Source of the DNA: Candidatus Multivoradales bacterium
Lineage (GTDB): Bacteria > Acidobacteriota > Thermoanaerobaculia > Multivoradales > Multivoraceae
NCBI GenBank assembly: GCA_965223325.1
Contig: CBDCWI010000002.1
Location: 3,488,850-3,552,849 of the forward strand
DNA length: 64,000 bases
Direction of reading: 5' to 3'
Part shown: positions 50,719 through 58,616 of the stretch, piece by piece
How the letters are laid out: the number at the start of each line of letters is the position of its first letter
How positions within the stretch are numbered: the stretch's first letter is position 1
The notes under the pieces: generated by a model
What the model was told of the DNA's origin: nothing
Database searches by the model: none
The model's input: the letters and a program-made list of their open reading frames with translations, nothing else
Made by a program: the position numbers and the translations under genes

Positions 50719-50895
50719 GTCGAAGTCTCGCCCCGAAGTGTTCGGGAAGGGAACGCGGATCATTCCACAACTGTCGCTGTGGTGTCGTTCTCCCTTCCGA
50801 AGCCCTTCACCGGCTTGACCAAGAGGTCATCCGTCGCGAGGGGCTTTGTGAGGAGGCCCTTCGTGCGCTTCCAGGGCTCTTCCGTCGAAAGCCTC

Positions 50896-51564
50896 TCAGG
50901 GCTCGGGAACGGCGGTCGGCTCGTGCATGGCGTCCATGCCGCGGGCAACAAACTCATTGACCTTCTGGGCGTGGGCCTGGATGAGCTTCACCACGTAGGG
51001 GTCGTCAGAGGTTTCGGTGACTCGAACTCCGTCTTCGAGAAGTTCCGTCTTCACGACGATCTTGTCGGCGTGGTTGAAGATCTCGACGAACAGGGGGTCC
51101 CAGTGGCGGATACTGCCACCGTTCTCGACTAGCGCGACCATCTGCCCGACATGGGTTTGGAGGGTTTCGACGAGCTCCGGTTCGTCGGTTGTGGTGACCG
51201 CGATGATGCCGTATTCAATGTTCTCCACCGCGCGGTGGATCGAACGATGGTTATCCATCAGGCCATGGATGTTGCCCATGAGCGCCCGATGGTCGCCGCC
51301 TCTGCGCCCGTGCTCGCCCTGGCCCTTCCGGTGGCCTCTTCCCGTACGGCCCTCGCCGTGCTTCGCACCGTCGGCGTTCCTATGAGGGCACTCCATTCCG
51401 CCCTTTTCGCCGGCGCTGTCCCTCATCATCGGACAGCCTGCGTGCTCCCCTTCTGCCTTGGCACCATGAGCGTGGCCCTCCTGAGCTACAGCCGGCGCCA
51501 GGAGCCCGGAGAACAGGATGAGGATGCTGGTGATCGCAAGCCTGGTTCGGTTTTCATAAGTCAT
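50896..51564 (-). CDS. Secreted His/Gly-rich protein, possible periplasmic metal-binding protein
   Basis: Signal peptide MTYENRTRLAITSILILFSGLLAPAVAQ. The mature N-terminus is rich in H-x-G and G-E-H (HAHGAKAEGEHAGCPMM...HGEGRTGRGHRKGQGEHGRRGGDH). It is followed by a folded C-terminal domain. Confidence 0.55.
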   Translation of the reverse strand: MTYENRTRLAITSILILFSGLLAPAVAQEGHAHGAKAEGEHAGCPMMRDSAGEKGGMECPHRNADGAKHGEGRTGRGHRKGQGEHGRRGGDHRALMGNIHGLMDNHRSIHRAVENIEYGIIAVTTTDEPELVETLQTHVGQMVALVENGGSIRHWDPLFVEIFNHADKIVVKTELLEDGVRVTETSDDPYVVKLIQAHAQKVNEFVARGMDAMHEPTAVPEP

Positions 51565-51615
51565 GAGGTTCTGCTTCCCTGGAATGTTGAGCGGGTGGGC
51601 TTCTGGGCGCGAGGC

Positions 51616-52047
51616 TCAGGCGGCCGAAACGGTTTCGACGACTTCGAGAAGAGATGCGCGGACCTCGCGGCCGACTTCGGCGAGCTCGGTGTTGTCGAGC
51701 ATCTCCATGACCGGCTGAGGGTTCATGGCGCGCACCATGGTCTTGCCGTCTTCGACCGAAAGGGTGACGTTGCAGGGCAGAAAGACACCGACCGAAGGGG
51801 CCGCTCCGATCGCCTTGTAGGCCGACGGAGGGTGGCACGCGCCGAGGATGACGTAGGGCTCCATCTCGACGTCCAGCTTCTTACGAAGCGTTGCCTGGAT
51901 GTCGATCTCGGTGAGAACTCCGAAACCGCGTTCTGCCAGCGCCTTGCGTGCAGCGGCAACGGCGTCGCCGAAAGGTAGAGCACTCTCGGCTTCGAGGGCC
52001 ACCATCGATTCCTTGATCTGGGGTGTGGCTGTTTGGCGATCGGCCAT
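51616..52047 (-). CDS. DUF302-family protein
   Basis: About 143 aa with the characteristic GACHPPSAYK / FLPCNVTL blocks of DUF302. Confidence 0.65.
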   Translation of the reverse strand: MADRQTATPQIKESMVALEAESALPFGDAVAAARKALAERGFGVLTEIDIQATLRKKLDVEMEPYVILGACHPPSAYKAIGAAPSVGVFLPCNVTLSVEDGKTMVRAMNPQPVMEMLDNTELAEVGREVRASLLEVVETVSAA

Positions 52048-52182
52048 GGTCGTAAGATCCCTTCGCTTCGGTGGATTGGAGAGACGCGAGTCGAGTCCCG
52101 TTCAAGAGATGCAGGAACGGCGCGATTGGTCACAACCTCAGCAGCCAAACGGGCAGCGCCCGACCCCCCGATTCGATTCGTC

Positions 52183-52776
52183 TCAGGCGGATTGCGGCAG
52201 CCACTGGCCGAGTTGAGAGCGCAGAGCCTGGCGGGCCCGTGAGAGGCGCATCTTGACCGCCGACTCGCCGATCTCGAGAGCATCGGCTGTTTCTCGGGTG
52301 CTCAGTCCCTCGACGTCGCGCAGAAGGAACGTGATGCGCTCTTCGCGAGAAAGAGTCCGCGTGGCCCGCGCCAGCTGGCGGCGGAACTCGGCTCGCTCGG
52401 CCGCATCGCGTGGCAGGTCGCCCCATGCCGGCGAGCGGTCGAGCTGAACCCCGAGCCAGTCGCGATCGGAGAGCTCCTCGAGCTGAACCTCGGGCCCCGG
52501 CGGGTTTTGACGTCTGGTCATCAGGCACTGATTCGCCACGACGCGAAACAGCCAAGCGCGGATCGCCCGCGGGTCGCGCAGTTGCGACAGTCCCTGAAAG
52601 ACACGCAGCAGGGTCTCCTGGTAGACGTCTTCGGCGTCGGCATTCGGGCCGCACTGCCGGCGCCCGAAGCCGCGAATCATCGCGCCATAGCGGTCGACGA
52701 ACGCGTCGAAAGCACCGGCCTCCTGGCGCTGGACGGCCTCGAGCAGGCGTGCGTCGTGGTGAGCTCGAGAGGGCAT
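52183..52776 (-). CDS. ECF-type RNA polymerase sigma factor
   Basis: Region 2 is EDVYQETLLRVFQGLSQLRDPRAIRAWLFRVVANQCL. Region 4 is LSTRETADALEIGESAVKMRLSRARQAL. Confidence 0.8.
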   Translation of the reverse strand: MPSRAHHDARLLEAVQRQEAGAFDAFVDRYGAMIRGFGRRQCGPNADAEDVYQETLLRVFQGLSQLRDPRAIRAWLFRVVANQCLMTRRQNPPGPEVQLEELSDRDWLGVQLDRSPAWGDLPRDAAERAEFRRQLARATRTLSREERITFLLRDVEGLSTRETADALEIGESAVKMRLSRARQALRSQLGQWLPQSA

Positions 52777-53234
52777 GATCCATTATGTGCCAGTGCCGCA
52801 GTCGCCGTCTGGCCCCGACCGCCGGGCCCCGGCCGCTAGAGCAACCACACGATCTCACGGCATGGGGAAGAGCGCCTCGAGCAGGTCTCCCTCGCTCATC
52901 AACTCAATCTCACCAACTACGTGCCGAGCCCGCAGCTTGCGTTGGTGTTCGCGCAGGTCTTCGAAACCCCGACCGACGCAATCTTTGAACTGGAGACGAA
53001 GACGTGAGTTTCCTGAACCGCCTGGTTCGACGAGCGCTTCCTGGCCCATCGCCGACGCTCGACAGCGCTCGCCGGCCAAGCACCTTCTCGAACCGAACGC
53101 CCTGCTATCCCACCATTGGACTGATGGCATCAAGGGTTTTCTGTACGGCTTCGATCGCCCTGATGCTTTGTGGGGTCTGGAAGGGCGGTCGGGCGAGGCA
53201 GGTCGAGGGCCTGGTGCCCTCGCGCCCTCGCCCG

Positions 53235-55634
53235 TCAGTCGGAGCGCAGTGCGGCACTTGGGTCCGCGCGGGTCGCCCTGAGTGCGGGAGCAACAGAAGC
53301 CAGAAAGGCAACCGTGAGGAGCACCGCCGGCGTCACCAGAAAGGTCGCGGGATCAAGCGCCTCGACGCCGTAGAGCAGGGAACCGAGAAAGCGGGTCAGA
53401 GCCAGGGCGCCGGCCAGCCCGATGAGGATTCCTGCCAGCGTCAGCGCCAGGCCCTGTCCTACTACCAGGCGCAAGATGTCGCGCCTCTCGGCGCCGAGCG
53501 CGCTCCGAATGCCGAATTCACGGCTTCGGCAGCTGACCGAGTAGCGCAAGACACCGTAGAGACCCATCGCGGCGAGGAGGAGCGCGCCGAGGCCCAGGCC
53601 CCCCACTCCGCCGATTCCCATCATCCATGGCCCGAGCCATGTCGCGATCACCTGGTTCATGCCGCGCACGTTCTCGAGCGGTAGGTTCGGGTCGATCGAC
53701 GTGATGGCTGCCTTGATGGCCGGCCACGAGCTGGTTGGGCTGCTGGCAGTGCGCGCGACGACGAAACGGCGGCCGGTCGACGACTGGCGCTGCGGATAGA
53801 ACACCATCATGCCCGGCTCCTCGTCGAGCTCGAAGTAGCGAGCAGATTCGACCACTCCGACCACTTCGCGGCGCGTACCGCGGATCTCGATCTGTTGGCC
53901 GAGTGCACCCTGCTCCGGCCAGAGCCGCGTCTCCATGTCGTGGTTGACGATCACCACCGGCGGACTGTCGGGGCCGTCGAACTGGTTGAAGGAGCGCCCG
54001 GAAAGGAGTGCAGTTCCGGCGACCTCGAACCAGTCACCGCTGATCCACATACTGCTGGCGAAGAGCTGCTCGTCGGCGGGTTGGCCAGGCACCGAGAAGC
54101 CCGTACCGGGCCGCTCGTGGTTGAGCGGCAAGGGGTAGATCGACGCCACCGCTTCTACACTCGGGACATTTCGGATGCGTTCCGTGGCCGCTTCAAAGTA
54201 CTGCCTTTCCTGCGCGTCGTCGGGGTAGCTCGACTTCGGAAGTTTCACTTCGAATGTCAGGAGCCGGGCGGGCTCGAAGCCAAGATCGACGCTGCGCAAC
54301 GTTTGCAATGTCTTGACCATCAGCCCAGCACCGACCACCAGGAGCACCGCTAGCGACACCTGCGCAACGACGAAGGTGTTGCGCAGCCGCCGACTTCGCT
54401 GCGCGTCACTGTTTCCCGAACCGCCGCTGCGGACTGCCTCGGCAAGTTGAACGGCGGTCGTCGAAAAGGCCGGGACGAGGCCGAAAACGGCGACACACGA
54501 GAGTGAAACCAGGAGCGTAAAGCCAAGGGTGGCGAGGTCGACGTCGACCTGCCCTACCCGATAGAGCTCGCCGGGCAATGCGCGGTCGAGAACCTGACAG
54601 GCCCAGGTTGCGACCACCACGCCGAGGGCTCCACCGACGACCGCCAACAGAGCGTTCTCGGTCAGTAGCTGGCGCACCAGGCGCTTGCGGGGTGCTCCCA
54701 GGGTCAGCCGGAAGGCGATCTCGCGCTCGCGGTCCTGTCCGCGGGCGAGAAGGAGATTGGCGAGGTTGGCGCAGACGATCAGAACGACAAAGGCGACCGC
54801 CAGGAGCAGAACGGGAAACACCACCGAGAAGATGTCCCAGGTAAAGAGTAGCTGCGAGCGCAGGTCAACGACGTTCGCACCGACCCGATCGTTGGTCGCT
54901 GCATGCTCGCGCTCGAGATCCTTCATCAACGAGTCCAACTCCGCCTGCCCGGTGCTTGGCGATTCGCCGTCTGCAAGGCGGCCCACGACTAGAAGCGGCC
55001 CATTCCTGTCTCGCTGGTCGCGGTAGGGCTCGAGTGACAGCGGAGTCCAGAGGTCCATCCGGTTGAATGGAAAAACGAAGCTCTCGGGCATCACACCGAC
55101 GACGGTGTACGGCTTGTTGTCGAGCAGCAGTTGTTCGCCCACAATGTCACCTCGCCCGCCGAAACTGCGCCGCCAGAAGCCGTGACTGAGAAGCACGACC
55201 GCGTCATTCTCGCTGTCATCCTCATCGAACGCACGCCCGATCATCGGCGGCACACCGAGCAGGTCGAGCAGGTTCGGCGTCAGCCAAGTGGCATCGAGGG
55301 TCTCGGCTTCGGCACCTCCGGTGCGCACGAAGGAACCGTAGAAGTAGCCGCCCATGTCCGAGAACGTTCGCGAGCTCCGGCGCAGATCTTCGTAGTTCGG
55401 TACCGACATGCGTGCCGCGTCGTAGTCGATCTTGCCGTCGGTCTGCCAGATGTGAACCAGCCGGTCGGGATCCTCGAAGGGCATCGGGCGCAGCAGGAAC
55501 GCGTTGACCAGGCTGAAGACCGCTGTGATCAGCCCGATGCCGAGCCCCAGGGTGACGATGCTCACCAGGGAAAAGGCCGGGCTGCGCCGAAGGATCCGCA
55601 GTCCGAACTTCAGGTCGTCGAAAAACCGTGTCAT
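53235..55634 (-). CDS. Duplicated FtsX-domain ABC transporter permease (MacB-like; ADOP-type orphan permease)
   Basis: N-terminal MTRFFDDLKFGLRILRRSPAFSLVSIVTLGLGIG followed by a large periplasmic domain. There are two FtsX 4-TM modules (...IGLAGALALTRFLGSLLYGV...). No adjacent ABC ATPase gene is present. Confidence 0.8.
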   Translation of the reverse strand: MTRFFDDLKFGLRILRRSPAFSLVSIVTLGLGIGLITAVFSLVNAFLLRPMPFEDPDRLVHIWQTDGKIDYDAARMSVPNYEDLRRSSRTFSDMGGYFYGSFVRTGGAEAETLDATWLTPNLLDLLGVPPMIGRAFDEDDSENDAVVLLSHGFWRRSFGGRGDIVGEQLLLDNKPYTVVGVMPESFVFPFNRMDLWTPLSLEPYRDQRDRNGPLLVVGRLADGESPSTGQAELDSLMKDLEREHAATNDRVGANVVDLRSQLLFTWDIFSVVFPVLLLAVAFVVLIVCANLANLLLARGQDREREIAFRLTLGAPRKRLVRQLLTENALLAVVGGALGVVVATWACQVLDRALPGELYRVGQVDVDLATLGFTLLVSLSCVAVFGLVPAFSTTAVQLAEAVRSGGSGNSDAQRSRRLRNTFVVAQVSLAVLLVVGAGLMVKTLQTLRSVDLGFEPARLLTFEVKLPKSSYPDDAQERQYFEAATERIRNVPSVEAVASIYPLPLNHERPGTGFSVPGQPADEQLFASSMWISGDWFEVAGTALLSGRSFNQFDGPDSPPVVIVNHDMETRLWPEQGALGQQIEIRGTRREVVGVVESARYFELDEEPGMMVFYPQRQSSTGRRFVVARTASSPTSSWPAIKAAITSIDPNLPLENVRGMNQVIATWLGPWMMGIGGVGGLGLGALLLAAMGLYGVLRYSVSCRSREFGIRSALGAERRDILRLVVGQGLALTLAGILIGLAGALALTRFLGSLLYGVEALDPATFLVTPAVLLTVAFLASVAPALRATRADPSAALRSD

Positions 55635-55868
55635 GGCTAAGTCCCCCCCGTCAGTGGGTGGTTCCTGGTCGACGGAATTGGAGTACGCAGCAGTCTTTGG
55701 GATAGACGCGAGATCAGCCCGACTGTTTCAGGGCTGGAGCAACCGAGGATGGCAGCGTGGATGTCGGGGCCTAAGGGGGCTACGGTATTCCCAGAGGCCC
55801 ATCGGTGGCGCCAACGCGCTAACCTCTAGCGCTCCATCGCGAAGAACGGAAGAAACCGAACGGACCCT

Positions 55869-56438
55869 TTGTACCCTAGTGGAGTGCGATACCCAATGAC
55901 ACCCAAACACCAGTACCCGCAACCCGCTTCCCTTAGAGACGGTCGTCTCGTGACCCTGCGCCCCTTTGAAGCGGACGACGCCGACGAACTGTTCGATTTT
56001 TTCCAGAGACTGCCGGAGGACACGCGCCGGTTCGCCTGGGACCGTGTCGATCTCAAGGCGACCGCAGAGGGCTGGGCCACCAACATCGACTACGACAAGG
56101 TCTTTCCGCTTCTCGCGCTCGACGGGTCCCGCATCGTCGCCGACGCCACGCTCCATCGCCGCGAGTTCTCTCCGCTACGCCTCGTGGGTCGCATCAAGTG
56201 GTTGATCGACCCGGAGTACCGCAAAGACGGCCTGGGATCGATTCTGGTCAACCGCTTGATCGACCATGGTCGGCAGCACGGGTTACGCCACCTCACCTGC
56301 ATGCTGATTTCGGACCTCGAGGCCGATGCTGTCGAGACGTTGACCGAGCTCGGCTTCAGCAGCTACCAGATTCCTGGCTATGGTGCCGATCCCGATGGCG
56401 GCCAGCACGACATGACGAAGTTGGTCTACAAGTTGTAG
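55869..56438 (+). CDS. GNAT-family N-acetyltransferase
   Basis: The acetyl-CoA-binding block is RKDGLGSILVNRLIDHGRQHG (R/Q-x-x-G-x-G/A pattern). Confidence 0.7.
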   Translation: MYPSGVRYPMTPKHQYPQPASLRDGRLVTLRPFEADDADELFDFFQRLPEDTRRFAWDRVDLKATAEGWATNIDYDKVFPLLALDGSRIVADATLHRREFSPLRLVGRIKWLIDPEYRKDGLGSILVNRLIDHGRQHGLRHLTCMLISDLEADAVETLTELGFSSYQIPGYGADPDGGQHDMTKLVYKL

Positions 56439-56442
56439 CTGG

Positions 56443-56839
56443 CATCGTGGTTTTACGGCCTTTGGGTCGCGACGGGCGAGTGGAAGGCGGTTCAGTTGGG
56501 GGCCTGGGCTCCCTTTTTCGGCGCGCCGTTACCACGACGCCAGCTACCGATCACACTTGCGGCGCAAGCGTAGCGTTGCCGTTGCCGTCATCCCAGGCGA
56601 TCGCCCTGTCACGGCGCCCTGGACCTTCGATGGTCCGTCGCGCGCCGCGGATTCCTGGCTTCGTTGAAACGAAGAGATGCGTGCTGTTTGATCTGAAGGC
56701 CGCTCGGGTGGCATCGTGGTTTTACGGCCTTTGGGTCGCGACGGGCGAGTGGAAGGCGGTTCAGTTGGGGGCCTGGGCTCGCCTTTTCGGCGCGCCGTTA
56801 CCACGACGCCAGCGACCGATCACACTTGCGGCGCAAGCG
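56443..56839. repeat. Two direct copies (56443-56571 and 56709-56839) of a ~130-bp element, ~97% identical, in the spacer between the convergent GNAT and ruvB genes
   Basis: Each copy reads ggcatcgtggttttacggcctttgggtcgcgacgggcgagtggaaggcggttcagttgggggcctgggctc[c/g]c[t]ttttcggcgcgccgttaccacgacgccagc[t/g]accgatcacacttgcggcgcaagcg. The 5' end gcatcgtgg can pair with ccacgacgc near the 3' end (9 of 10 pairs). Each copy ends with a cttgc-ggc-gcaag hairpin. The 137-bp segment between copies contains the hairpin cttcgtt-gaa-acgaag. Confidence 0.85.
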
Positions 56840-56856
56840 GTCCGTGGCGCGACGGG

Positions 56857-57882
56857 CTAGAACAGTCGGCCGCTCTCTCCGGGCCTTGCCGGGGGAGTGA
56901 CCCCGAGGTGCTCCCACGCTCTTCGGGTGGCGACGCGGCCTCGTTGGGTGCGCTTCAGGAATCCCTCCTGAATCAAGTAGGGCTCGTAGAGGTCTTCGAG
57001 GGTGCCTTCGTCTTCTCCCACCGAGGCGGCGATGGCCTTCAACCCTGCGGGGCCGCCGTCGTAGTGCTCGATCAGGACCTTGAGCAGCTTGCGGTCGACT
57101 TCGTCGAAGCCGTTCTTGTCGACTTCCAGTTTGTCGAGAGCGCTACTGGCGGCGGCGGTGGTGATGACGCCGTCGCCTTCGACCTGTGCGAAGTCGCGCA
57201 CTCGACGCAGCAATCGGTTGGCGATGCGCGGGGTGCCGCGACTACGGCGGGCGATCTCCTGGGCGCCGCCATTGTCGCATTGGATCTCGAGCAGGCGGGC
57301 AGAGCGCTCAACGATCGAGGCGAGGTGTTCGGGCGAGTAGAAGTCGAGACGGTGCACGATGCCGAAGCGGGCGCGCAGAGGCGGTGTGATCAAACCGGCG
57401 CGCGTGGTGGCGGCGACGAGGGTGAAGTGCGGCAGCGGCAGGCGCACCGTGCGGGCGGCGGGGCCCTGGCCGATCACCAGGTCGAGCTCGTAGTCCTCGA
57501 GTGCGGGGTAGAGGATCTCTTCGATGGTCGGGCCGAGGCGATGAATCTCGTCGATGAACAGGACTTCGCCGGCTTCGAGGTTGGTGAGAATCGCCGCCAG
57601 GTCACCGGCGCGTTCGAGGACCGGGCCTGAGGTCGACCGCAGTGGAGCCCCCATTTCGTTGGCGATGATGTGGGCGAGGGTGGTCTTGCCGAGACCGGGA
57701 GGGCCGAAGAGCAGCACGTGGTCGAGTGGTTCGTTGCGGTTGCGAGCCGCCTCGAGAAAAACCCGCATCTTGTCGGTGATGCCCTCCTGGCCGACGTAGT
57801 CATCGAGGGTCTTGGGGCGCAATGCGGGCTCGAAGTTGGTGTCGTCCGGGCTGGGCGCCGCCGTGAGGATGCCTTCTTTCAT
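56857..57882 (-). CDS. ruvB: Holliday junction branch migration ATPase RuvB
   Basis: Walker [23 protein letters not shown]. Sensor and arginine finger regions. Winged-helix C-terminal domain. Confidence 0.95.
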   Translation of the reverse strand: MKEGILTAAPSPDDTNFEPALRPKTLDDYVGQEGITDKMRVFLEAARNRNEPLDHVLLFGPPGLGKTTLAHIIANEMGAPLRSTSGPVLERAGDLAAILTNLEAGEVLFIDEIHRLGPTIEEILYPALEDYELDLVIGQGPAARTVRLPLPHFTLVAATTRAGLITPPLRARFGIVHRLDFYSPEHLASIVERSARLLEIQCDNGGAQEIARRSRGTPRIANRLLRRVRDFAQVEGDGVITTAAASSALDKLEVDKNGFDEVDRKLLKVLIEHYDGGPAGLKAIAASVGEDEGTLEDLYEPYLIQEGFLKRTQRGRVATRRAWEHLGVTPPARPGESGRLF

Positions 57883-57970
57883 TGGCCTGGCGCCCCGCAG
57901 CCTGAGATCACGAAAGGCGGCTACGGGGGCTCGAGCGGCATCTTACTCCGCCGCAGTTGCGCCTGCCGGT

Positions 57971-58585
57971 CTAGGCCCGCGAGAGGCGCTTGAGGCTGCG
58001 GCGCAAGAGTTCCTGAAACGCTTGGCTCGGCTCTTCCTCCGAGGCGGCGGCAACTGCACGTTCGGCTTCTTTGGCGCGGTAGCCCAGGTTGAGAAGCGCT
58101 TCGATGACGTCGCGCTCGGCGCTCGAAGGCAGCTCTGGCGCGACACTCTCGGGGTCGGTTTCCATCAGCTCGCGCGCCTTGTCGCGCAGCTCGAGAATCA
58201 TCCGCTCGGCGGTTTTCTTGCCGACCCCCGGGATGCGCGTGAGCTTGGCGATATTCGAAGACGCGAGAGCCCCGAGTACTTCCTCGGGGGGCATGCCCGA
58301 GAGAATCACCTGCGCCAGGCGCGGGCCGATTCCCGAAACCGCGATCAGCTTCTCGAACAAGGCCTTTTCCTGCGCGCTGTCGAAACCGAAGAGTTCGAGC
58401 GCGTCATCGCGCACGTGGGTGTGGACGAGTAGAGAAACGTCATCGGGGGTGTCGGCGCGCCAAACGGCGTCGAGTTTGTAGAAGGTCGGCAGCGCGATGC
58501 GCACCGAGTAACCGACGCCGCCAACCTCGATGAGGGCGAGGTCGGGTCCAAGCGCTTTGACCCGGCCGCGTAACGATCCGATCAT
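57971..58585 (-). CDS. ruvA: Holliday junction DNA helicase subunit RuvA
   Basis: MIGSLRGRVKALGPDLALIEVGGVGYSV is a classic RuvA N-terminus. HhH motifs (IPGVGKKTAERMILEL). About 204 aa. Confidence 0.9.
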   Translation of the reverse strand: MIGSLRGRVKALGPDLALIEVGGVGYSVRIALPTFYKLDAVWRADTPDDVSLLVHTHVRDDALELFGFDSAQEKALFEKLIAVSGIGPRLAQVILSGMPPEEVLGALASSNIAKLTRIPGVGKKTAERMILELRDKARELMETDPESVAPELPSSAERDVIEALLNLGYRAKEAERAVAAASEEEPSQAFQELLRRSLKRLSRA

Positions 58586-58616
58586 CGCCTCTCGAGGGCG
58601 CGCTCGAGCACTTTGG

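Noticed and set aside
52130-52858. ORF 52130..52858 (242 aa) on the minus strand
   Set aside because: It overlaps the ECF sigma gene 52183..52776 in a different frame with Arg/Pro-rich composition. The sigma-70 region 2 and region 4 motifs are in the other frame.
52855-53133. Small ORF 52855..53133 (92 aa) between the ADOP permease and the ECF sigma gene
   Set aside because: No TM segment or recognisable motif, and it partly overlaps a region that could be promoter sequence for the sigma operon. It is left unannotated, and mentioned only as a possible small protein.
56443-56571. Considered the 130-bp repeat unit as a tRNA or tmRNA-like gene because of the ggttcagttggg segment
   Set aside because: It is too long for a tRNA. 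No acceptable cloverleaf or anticodon arm could be drawn by eye, and the T-loop-like segment deviates from TTCRANY at a key position. It is kept as an unclassified structured repeat.
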